This document shows, piece by piece, positions 15,923 to 22,849 of a DNA stretch of 29,774 nucleotides. Both the position numbers and the translations under genes were made by a program. The stretch lies in assembly GCA_002763345.1 (NCBI GenBank), contig PEXZ01000012.1:1-29774 (forward strand). The letters run 5' to 3'. The notes beneath the pieces are model-generated. The model was not told the DNA's origin, did no database searches, and worked only from the letters and a program-made list of their open reading frames with translations. Source of the DNA: Candidatus Micrarchaeota archaeon CG08_land_8_20_14_0_20_59_11 (GTDB lineage: Archaea > Micrarchaeota > Micrarchaeia > Norongarragalinales > Norongarragalinaceae). The first letter of the stretch is position 1. The number at the start of each line of letters is the position of its first letter.

Positions 15923-16910
15923 GAATCCGCAACGTCTGCTGCTTTTTCGCCTCGTCCACGGTGACGACGACGAGCCCCGGCGGGCGGGAGCCGCGCGAAG
16001 GCGGTTGCCCGTAAACAACGGCGGAACCCAGCGGAGCGAAGAGCACCGCGGGAAGAACCGCCAAATCCTCTTCGCCTAAAACGGAGACGAGAACGCGGCC
16101 GTCGCGCAGCGCGCTTCGCAACGCGGAGTAAAGGACGGGCGTTATCCTGCCCGCGGGATTGCGCACCGATACGGTTTTCTCGCCGAATCGCATGCGCGGC
16201 ACCTTTTTCCGCATTATCTTCCCGTCGATTACGCACACGTCGGGCTTCAGGCGCGCCAGAACCCTCGACGTCAAATCGCCCACCAGAACGAGCTTCGTGG
16301 GCTTCGTACGGCGTATGAATGCGGACGCAGAGGCGGCGGTCGGGAAAAAACTGCCGAAGGGCTTGCGCAGGATTGTGCGGAGGCGCGGCCCGAGCGTGAA
16401 CGGCTTCGCGCTCTTGAAGAAGACTGCGCCCGCCCTGTTGCAGTCGCCGATGCGCACGCGCATCGAGGAGATGCGCCTGCGGTCTGCTGCGAGCACGAGC
16501 CGGCAGACGGCGATTGGCAGCCGCGGCAGGCGCTTGCGCCGCCGCGCGGAATTGACGCGGCGCGCGCCTGGGAGCGTTTCGGGGGAAACGACGATGCAGT
16601 CGCAGGGGCAGCGCGCCGAAAGAAGCGGACCGTACTCGTCGGAGATTTCCGTAAGGGATGCGCGCCACAAAAGCCGCTTCGATGAAAGAAATGCGGCAAC
16701 CGCCGTCCTCCTTTCCTTGAGGGGCTGGATTATTTCTCCGAGCGTTTTTTTCTCCGCAAAGTCCTGCGACGTGACTCCGACCAGCACGCGCTCCGCCGAC
16801 GAGAACGCCTTTAGCAGCAGCGCCTTGTGCCCGTCGTGCAGGCGGTCGAACGTGCCGCCGCACGCGGCGAATTTCCCGTACGGCGCGCGCCGTTTAGAAG
16901 GGTAGCGCAT
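15909..16910 (-). CDS. coaD: Fused phosphopantetheine adenylyltransferase + GTP-dependent dephospho-CoA kinase (DUF359)
   Basis: N-terminal GGTFDRLHDGH (HxGH), VVSPET and ISS..R. C-terminal LVGD, VIDGK..R, V.NPAG.IT, GEEDLA.LP and YGQP. Confidence 0.88.
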   Translation of the reverse strand: MRYPSKRRAPYGKFAACGGTFDRLHDGHKALLLKAFSSAERVLVGVTSQDFAEKKTLGEIIQPLKERRTAVAAFLSSKRLLWRASLTEISDEYGPLLSARCPCDCIVVSPETLPGARRVNSARRRKRLPRLPIAVCRLVLAADRRRISSMRVRIGDCNRAGAVFFKSAKPFTLGPRLRTILRKPFGSFFPTAASASAFIRRTKPTKLVLVGDLTSRVLARLKPDVCVIDGKIMRKKVPRMRFGEKTVSVRNPAGRITPVLYSALRSALRDGRVLVSVLGEEDLAVLPAVLFAPLGSAVVYGQPPSRGSRPPGLVVVTVDEAKKQQTLRILRAR

Positions 16911-16966
16911 GAAAAAACAATAGAGGGTTCGTGCTTAAAAGCAGTAACTTCAAAATAATAGTCCGA

Positions 16967-17040
16967 GGGCCAGTGGTATAACCTGGATAGCATGCGAGCT
17001 TGCGGAGCTTGAGATCAGGGTCCAAATCCCTGCTGGCCCG
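16967..17040 (+). tRNA. tRNA-Arg (anticodon GCG)
   Basis: Acceptor GGGCCAG/CTGGCCC, discriminator G, anticodon stem CGAGC/GCTTG, loop TT-GCG-GA, T stem CAGGG/CCCTG, A20 arginine identity element. Weak D stem; no encoded CCA. Confidence 0.88.
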
Positions 17041-17107
17041 TTGCATTGCTTTCTTTCCGCGGGCATATTACACTCCGCGCCAAAAGAAAGCGGCGTCTTG
17101 TGAGAAC

Positions 17108-17509
17108 ATGAAGAAGGTTGTCGTGTGTGGAGCGTTCGACCCGCTCCATCTCGGACACGTGCGCCTGCTGAAAAAGGCGAAAGAGCGCGGCAGGCTCTAC
17201 GTGGTGGTGGCGCGGGATGGGAACATCAGGAGGATAAAGAAGCGGGAGCCGTTTTACACGGAAAAGGAACGCATGGAATTCCTGAAGGAAATGAGGTGCA
17301 TTGACGAAGTCGTGCTGGGCGAAAAGAGCGACCTGCTCTCGGTTCTGCGCAGGATAAAACCCGACGTTGTTGTTCTCGGCTACGACCAGAAGGCGGATTT
17401 GCCCGCGATAAGGAGGGCTGCGCCGAAAGCGCTCGTAGTCCGCGAGAAAAGGCTTTCGCGGCACAAGAGTTCTGAGAAAAGGAAGGTGATTCGATGGGAA
17501 AGGTACTGA
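17108..17509 (+). CDS. ribL: FAD synthase (RibL-type cytidylyltransferase family)
   Basis: G.FDPLHLGH (HxGH), VVVARD, ER...L....IDEVVLG, PDVVVLGYDQ. The substrate is inferred from family resemblance. Confidence 0.78.
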   Translation: MKKVVVCGAFDPLHLGHVRLLKKAKERGRLYVVVARDGNIRRIKKREPFYTEKERMEFLKEMRCIDEVVLGEKSDLLSVLRRIKPDVVVLGYDQKADLPAIRRAAPKALVVREKRLSRHKSSEKRKVIRWERY

Positions 17510-17742
17510 CGCTGCTGAGGATTTCGCCCGACGAGGGCGTCGAAGTGAACGCGCTGTGCGAACGCGTGAAAAAAATTGGCGGATGCAACTCCGCGAAGGT
17601 TGAGGACTATGTCTTCGGCACGAAGGTAATCAAGGCATCCTTCGTATGCGAGGACAAGGACGCGAAGGACTTCGAGGAGATTGCACGCGGCGTGGAGGGC
17701 GTTTCCGAGGTTCAGGTCGAGGAAGTGGGGCTAATCTCCTGA
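17494..17742 (+). CDS. ef1b: Elongation factor 1-beta (aEF-1beta)
   Basis: MGKV...L.I.P.......L...V......VFG...I...F...D......E.....VEGVS.V.V. Confidence 0.9.
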   Translation: MGKVLTLLRISPDEGVEVNALCERVKKIGGCNSAKVEDYVFGTKVIKASFVCEDKDAKDFEEIARGVEGVSEVQVEEVGLIS

Positions 17743-18184
17743 GCGTGTTCCTGATTTCCGAGACGTGCGTTCCGCGCCAGTAGATTTGCCCGCACGAGGA
17801 ACAGCGGCGGAAGACGCGGCACCGCGCATAGACGCGCGGATAGACGAGCGATTTGACCGCACTCCTGGCTACGCGTTTCAGTTTCCCGCCGCATCTGGCG
17901 CATCTCGTTTCGGGAATGTTTTTCGGTATCCTGAATTTGAAGACGCGGGCGGTCTCGCACAACTGCTCCAGCGAATCGTTCGAGGAAAGCCGGAGGACGC
18001 GGACGTAATCCCCGGCTTTCGCCGCGAGCAGTCCGTCCCGCGTCAGCAGGACTGCGCCGAGGCTCATCGCACGGCGGATGATTTCGTCGTCGGCGGATTT
18101 CTTGTCGGCGTAAAACGTTTCCTTGCCGAGCAGGCGCAGCCATCGCGCGAGACGCCCCAGCATCACGTCTGCGAGGAAGCGCAT
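17630..18184 (-). CDS. Mut7-C RNase domain protein (DUF82, PIN-like + zinc ribbon)
   Basis: F.ADVMLGRLARWLRLLG, LLTRD, RC..CGG.L, C..CGQIYW.GTH. The 3' tail overlaps ef1b. Confidence 0.88.
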   Translation of the reverse strand: MRFLADVMLGRLARWLRLLGKETFYADKKSADDEIIRRAMSLGAVLLTRDGLLAAKAGDYVRVLRLSSNDSLEQLCETARVFKFRIPKNIPETRCARCGGKLKRVARSAVKSLVYPRVYARCRVFRRCSSCGQIYWRGTHVSEIRNTLRRLAPLPRPEPRKRPPRRVQSPRSPSRPCPRIRRMP

Positions 18185-18197
18185 GGAACACCTGCCG

Positions 18198-19385
18198 CTA
18201 GAGCACGCCGACCTTCCTGCCCGCGTACTCGAACGCCGCAAGCGCCTCGTCCAAATCCTCTGTCGTCAGTCCCGCGTTCATCTGGGCGCGAATTCGAGCC
18301 TTGTCCTGCGCGACCATCGGGTAGACTATGGGCGTCGCGAAAACGCCGCGGTCGAAAACGATGCGCGCCATTTCCTGCGCCTTTCCCGAGTCGCGAATCA
18401 TCAGCGGGATGATGGGCGTCTGCGACATGCCGGTGTCGAAGCCGATTTCGTTCGCGCGCTTCTTGAAGTACTCCGTGTTCTTCCACAGGTTTTCCACGTG
18501 CTGCGGTTCGGTTTCAATCACGTCAAGCGCGGCAATGGACGCACCCATCACCGAGGGCGGCTGCGCAGTGGAGAGCAGCCACGTGCGCGACTTGTTGAAC
18601 GCGAACTCAATCAGGTCGCGGCTTCCGCATATCGTGCCTCCGAACGTCCCGAACCCCTTGCCCAGCGAGCCGCCTTCCACGTGCACGCGGCCCTGCAGTT
18701 TGAAGTGGCTGACGATGCCCCTGCCCTTTCCGAGCACGCCTTCGCCGTGGCAGTCGTCAACGAATACCATGGCGCCGTACTCCTCGCACGCCTCGACGAT
18801 TTGGGGCATGGGTGCGATGTCCCCGTCCATGGAGAACACGCCGTCGGTAATCACGAGGATGCGCCTTACGCCCTTTCCGTCCGCCTCCTTGAGCTTGACC
18901 CGCAAATCCTCGGCGTCCGCGTGCTTGTAAACCGCGCGCTCTGCCTTGGTCAGCCGCACGCCGTCAATGATGCTCCCGTGGTTCAACTCGTCGCTTATTA
19001 TGACGTCGCCCTGGCCTGCCAGCTGCGGAATCAGGCCCGCGTTCACCGCAAAACCTGTCTGGCACACGAGCGCGGACTCGACGCCCTTGAACTTCGCGAG
19101 CTTTTCCTCAAAATCGCGTTCGAGCCGATTCGTGCCGGAAATCACGGGCACTGCGCCGGCTCCGGCGCCCCATTTTTGAGTGGCCGCAACGGCCGCAGCG
19201 ACCACCTTGGGGTGGGTCGCCAGGTTCAGGTAATTGTTGGAGTTGAGCAAAATAACCTTCTTGCCTTCGACGATTGCGCGCGGCTTGCTCGCAGAATCCA
19301 GCACGCGCACGTGCCAGAACAGGTTCTTCTCCTTCAGCGACTTCACTTCCTCGCCGAGAAACGCCGTCGGATTCCTCTTGACCAT
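18198..19385 (-). CDS. kbl: 2-amino-3-ketobutyrate CoA ligase (glycine C-acetyltransferase; BioF/Kbl family)
   Basis: NSNNYLNLA.HP, SDELNHGSIIDG.RL, TDGVFSMDGD, VDDCHGEGV.G, and the PLP lysine in SLGKGFG. The divergent tdh gene supports Kbl over BioF. Confidence 0.85.
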   Translation of the reverse strand: MVKRNPTAFLGEEVKSLKEKNLFWHVRVLDSASKPRAIVEGKKVILLNSNNYLNLATHPKVVAAAVAATQKWGAGAGAVPVISGTNRLERDFEEKLAKFKGVESALVCQTGFAVNAGLIPQLAGQGDVIISDELNHGSIIDGVRLTKAERAVYKHADAEDLRVKLKEADGKGVRRILVITDGVFSMDGDIAPMPQIVEACEEYGAMVFVDDCHGEGVLGKGRGIVSHFKLQGRVHVEGGSLGKGFGTFGGTICGSRDLIEFAFNKSRTWLLSTAQPPSVMGASIAALDVIETEPQHVENLWKNTEYFKKRANEIGFDTGMSQTPIIPLMIRDSGKAQEMARIVFDRGVFATPIVYPMVAQDKARIRAQMNAGLTTEDLDEALAAFEYAGRKVGVL

Positions 19386-19420
19386 TTCAAACCCCCCTCC
19401 TCAAAACCCCGTAAGTTAAT

Positions 19421-19494
19421 CCCGCAATAAGGAAGCGGGAAAAGGATTTAACACTTGCTAGCACGACGATTGTCGTAACGCGTCATGCTTTAAA
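19421..19494. promoter_or_regulatory. Divergent kbl/tdh promoter region
   Basis: TTTAAA at 19489-19494, 30 nt before tdh. Inverted repeats TCCCGC-N9-GCGGGA (19421-19441) and ACGAC-GATT-GTCGT. Confidence 0.45.
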
Positions 19495-19524
19495 CGGCTT
19501 GCGCGCAAATAAGGATGTGATTCT

Positions 19525-20553
19525 ATGAAGGCGATAATGAAACGCGAACCGAAGCCCGGATTCGAGCTCGTGGACGTTGCGCAGCCGAAGCCGGGGCCGA
19601 AGGAAATCCTCGTGAAGGTGAAAGCCACGTCGATTTGCGGCACGGACCTGCACATCACGGAGTGGGACGAGTGGTCCCAGAACCGAATCAAGCCGCCGCT
19701 GCTGTACGGGCACGAGTTCGCGGGAGAGGTCATCGAGCTGGGGCCCGGCGCCGAAGGCGTCCAGGTGGGCGATTTCGTTTCGGCTGAGACGCACATCGCG
19801 TGCGGCCAGTGCTTCCAGTGCAAGACTGGCAACAGCCACATCTGCGAGAACGTGAAGATTCTGGGCGTCGACGTGAACGGGTGCTTCGCCGAGTACGCCG
19901 CGATTCCGGCCGCCAACGCGTGGAAGAACTCCAAGAAAATCAATCCCAAGCACGCGAGCGCGCAGGAGCCGCTCGGCAACGCGGTGCACACTATCAGTTA
20001 CTGCAACGTGCGCGACGCGAACGTGGCAATCTTTGGCATGGGACCAATCGGATTGTGCGCGGTGCAGGTCTGCAAGGCGTACGGCGCGAGCAAGGTAATC
20101 GCGGTGGATCCGAGCGAGTACCGCGGAAAAATGGCGGAAAGGAACGGCGCCGACCTGGTGCTGAACCCGAAGGCGGATGATGTGGTGAAGGAAGTACTGG
20201 GCGCGACGGACGGCCACGGAACCGACGTATATATCGAAATGAGCGGCAGCCCGCAGGCGATTACTCAGGGATTCAAGTCGCTGCGCCCGGGCGGCGAGGT
20301 CGGGTTCCTGGGCATTCCGAAGAAGCCGTTCGAGTTCGACTGGGCTGAGAACGTGGTGTTCAAGGGCTGCACCGTTCACGGCGTGAACGGCCGCCGCATG
20401 TGGGACACGTGGTACCGCACGCGCGCCCTGCTGGAGTCCGGAAAGGTGGATTTGGGGAAGATTGTGACGCACGAGATGCGGCTGGAGGACTTCGGCAGAG
20501 GCATCGAACTGATGCGAAAGGGCGAATGCGGCAAGGTAGTGCTCACGCCCTGA
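19525..20553 (+). CDS. tdh: L-threonine 3-dehydrogenase (Zn-dependent MDR)
   Basis: SICGTDLHI..WD.W, GHEFAGEV, S.ETHI.CG.C.QC..G..H.C.N, EP.GNAVH, G..GRRMW.TWY, G..GKVVL. Confidence 0.93.
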   Translation: MKAIMKREPKPGFELVDVAQPKPGPKEILVKVKATSICGTDLHITEWDEWSQNRIKPPLLYGHEFAGEVIELGPGAEGVQVGDFVSAETHIACGQCFQCKTGNSHICENVKILGVDVNGCFAEYAAIPAANAWKNSKKINPKHASAQEPLGNAVHTISYCNVRDANVAIFGMGPIGLCAVQVCKAYGASKVIAVDPSEYRGKMAERNGADLVLNPKADDVVKEVLGATDGHGTDVYIEMSGSPQAITQGFKSLRPGGEVGFLGIPKKPFEFDWAENVVFKGCTVHGVNGRRMWDTWYRTRALLESGKVDLGKIVTHEMRLEDFGRGIELMRKGECGKVVLTP

Positions 20554-21912
20554 CTACCACCACGATTCGCGCCTGAACAGGTACGCGGCTAACCCCTGCA
20601 TCGCCTCCGCCTTCAGCGATAGCGGCGGCGCAAACTTCGCCTTTTTCAGCGGCTTCACGAAATGCGACGCGGCTCCCCAGGATTCGGGGCTGCGGAGAAG
20701 CGCCCCGATTTCGGTTTCGAGGAAGGTTACCGCCCTCAGCCTTTCCGCGAACACGCGCCCTCCCTCGATGTAAGGTCCGCGGTGCGCGGCCTTGTGCGCG
20801 CGCACGAAATCCGCAACTGCCTTCGCTGCCGACACTGGCGGTCCCTGCACGCGCTTCAGGCGCGGGCGTTCCGCCGACTCGCACTCGACGACAAAGAAAG
20901 CGCCATCCTCCGCCATGAAGGAGGCGGTTCCCAGCATCCTGAAATCCTGAAGCGCGAGATGGCGGCTGAGCGCGCGCTCGGTTTTGTGCAACTGCGGGTA
21001 AAGGATGTCCTCGACGAGCTTTGGAGCGGCAATCTTCAGAATGACGATTGCCGTACCCCTGCTCCGCAGGGCGCGCGAAATTTCCGAGGCGGAATGCTTC
21101 CTGCGTTTTCCGAAGAAGAACGACACCGACGGCTTTGAACGGAACGCGCGGCAGAGCGCAATGAATTTGCAGAGGTTGGTTTCGGATACGACTGCCGCCG
21201 CGTTCCTGTTCTTGTCTATTGCGTCTATCACGACGAGCGGTTCGGCGAAGGGATGCCTGCGTTCCGCGTAGTACCCCTCCATGTCCACGACAACCGGCGG
21301 AATCCACTGCGCGGCTGCCTCGACCAGGTTCCTGAAGGAGCGGTAATTCAGGACGAGGTATTCGCACACCAATCCCGAGAAACCCTGCACGCGGAGTTCG
21401 GCGCCGTAGAGTCCCGCATTCTTCAGGAACTGCTTCAGCACGCGCACGTCGCGGCGCTGCGTTTCCGTGAGGCGCTTCTGCAGATAGTCCATGTGCAACG
21501 GCGAACGGTCTACCGCGCTCTTGAGTTCCTCGTGCGGCGACGTTTCGAAGCACGGGATTACCTCCACTCTGAACGCGCCGTGCTGCGCCTGCAGGTACGG
21601 GTGCTCCGCGTAGTGCTTCTCCCACTTCGCCTTCAGCGCCCTGCGCGTCGCCTTGAAGGTTTTCGCGACTATCTCTTCCTTCGAGAAGGAGCGCGGGAAC
21701 GAAACGAACAAATCGATGTCATTGCCGCCGCGCAAACCCGTGTCCCGCGCTGCCGAGCCGACGAAGCACATGCGGCACTGCTTCGGAAGGTTTTTCGAAA
21801 GCGCCGCGGAAACCCCCGCCGCGAACGCCTTCTCGGAATCCGCCTCGGACTTCGTCGGCGTTATTTTTTTGGAAACCTTCTCGGCGACGGCGTCTATTGC
21901 GTGCGACGGCAT
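20554..21912 (-). CDS. cca: CCA-adding enzyme (archaeal class I)
   Basis: VGS.ARDT.L.G.NDIDLFV, YAEHPY, V..PC...SAVDRSP.H, DVR.LK.FLK..G.YGAE....GFSG..CE.L. The ATG at 21912 lies about 23 nt after a TTTTAAA box. Confidence 0.95.
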   Translation of the reverse strand: MPSHAIDAVAEKVSKKITPTKSEADSEKAFAAGVSAALSKNLPKQCRMCFVGSAARDTGLRGGNDIDLFVSFPRSFSKEEIVAKTFKATRRALKAKWEKHYAEHPYLQAQHGAFRVEVIPCFETSPHEELKSAVDRSPLHMDYLQKRLTETQRRDVRVLKQFLKNAGLYGAELRVQGFSGLVCEYLVLNYRSFRNLVEAAAQWIPPVVVDMEGYYAERRHPFAEPLVVIDAIDKNRNAAAVVSETNLCKFIALCRAFRSKPSVSFFFGKRRKHSASEISRALRSRGTAIVILKIAAPKLVEDILYPQLHKTERALSRHLALQDFRMLGTASFMAEDGAFFVVECESAERPRLKRVQGPPVSAAKAVADFVRAHKAAHRGPYIEGGRVFAERLRAVTFLETEIGALLRSPESWGAASHFVKPLKKAKFAPPLSLKAEAMQGLAAYLFRRESWW

Positions 21913-21948
21913 GTAGAAAGCAATCGGCGCGCTCTTTAAAACATCTCG

Positions 21949-21974
21949 GTATGACGCATGCCGCCGCATGCGTC
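21949..21974 (-). repeat. Hairpin+ATAC element, copy 4
   Basis: Minus strand GACGCATGC-GGCG-GCATGCGTC-ATAC, a perfect 9-bp stem starting 3 nt after the peptidase stop. Confidence 0.6.
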
Positions 21975-21977
21975 CAG

Positions 21978-22814
21978 TCAATGAAACACCAAAAAGAGCA
22001 GCATGTCGCCTACGAGCAGGCACGTCACGAGCGCGACGAGGACGAACGGCCCGAAGCGCGGCAGGTGCCCGTAGACGAAGACATGCGTCGCGCCCGCCTT
22101 GCGCAGCTTCGCGAGCACCTCTTTCGTCGCGAGCTTGCCGAAATGCAGCTTCTTCGGCATGCGCTCGAGCGCGAGGACGTCTTCGTCCTCAACCGCGCGC
22201 AACGGGACGCGCCTGATGAGCAGTTCGTCGGATATCTGCTGCTTGAAAAGCAGGAGGAAGAACGCGCAGAATCCGAACGTGAGAAGCGCCAGCGTCTGCA
22301 GCAAGCCGAGCCCGAAAGCGATTATTCCCGCTGCGAACAACGCGCACGCCGCGGCCATCGCGTAAAGCCGCCATGAACGGAGGGACGGGCTTTTGCGTCT
22401 GACGAGCATCGCCGCGTAATTGACTGCGGTGAAAAGCGTCGCGTAGAACGACGCCGCCACGAAAACGCTGAGTATGAAGGGAAGCACGAGCAGGTACGAC
22501 GGCGGCATGAGTTGCGGGAACAGCGTCGGGTTCATGGGAAGCAGCGCGGCGATTCCGAAGAACAGGAGGACGTCCCCTGAACCGAACTGCCCCGCCTTCC
22601 AGCACACGAGCCCGAAAAGCGCGATGACGCCGAGAAGAATCGCGGTTTGCGTTATGAAGGGGACGTCGAACGTGAGGATGTCGAGCAGGACGCCGACCGC
22701 AATCATGCCGTACAGTATCTTGTCGTCTATGAAACTGGTTTTCGCATCCTGCCAAGCGGCGACGCCGCAGCCGAGAACCGCGATGCACACGCGTACCGCC
22801 GCCAAACTAAGCAT
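21978..22814 (-). CDS. Prepilin/class III signal peptidase (A24, PibD/FlaK-like)
   Basis: Multi-TM protein with the first Asp in QDAKT..IDD, the second in FGSGDV (GxGD), and a C-terminal PRFGPF..V.L motif. The ATG at 22814 avoids overlap with the upstream gene. Confidence 0.85.
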   Translation of the reverse strand: MLSLAAVRVCIAVLGCGVAAWQDAKTSFIDDKILYGMIAVGVLLDILTFDVPFITQTAILLGVIALFGLVCWKAGQFGSGDVLLFFGIAALLPMNPTLFPQLMPPSYLLVLPFILSVFVAASFYATLFTAVNYAAMLVRRKSPSLRSWRLYAMAAACALFAAGIIAFGLGLLQTLALLTFGFCAFFLLLFKQQISDELLIRRVPLRAVEDEDVLALERMPKKLHFGKLATKEVLAKLRKAGATHVFVYGHLPRFGPFVLVALVTCLLVGDMLLFLVFH

Positions 22815-22849
22815 GGAAACTAAAAGAAAGGGGAAAATAAAAACAAACG

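Noticed and set aside
21913-22023. N-terminal extension of the CCA-adding enzyme ORF
   Set aside because: It runs through the TATA box, hairpin copy 4 and the peptidase stop. The ATG at 21912 fits a leaderless start.
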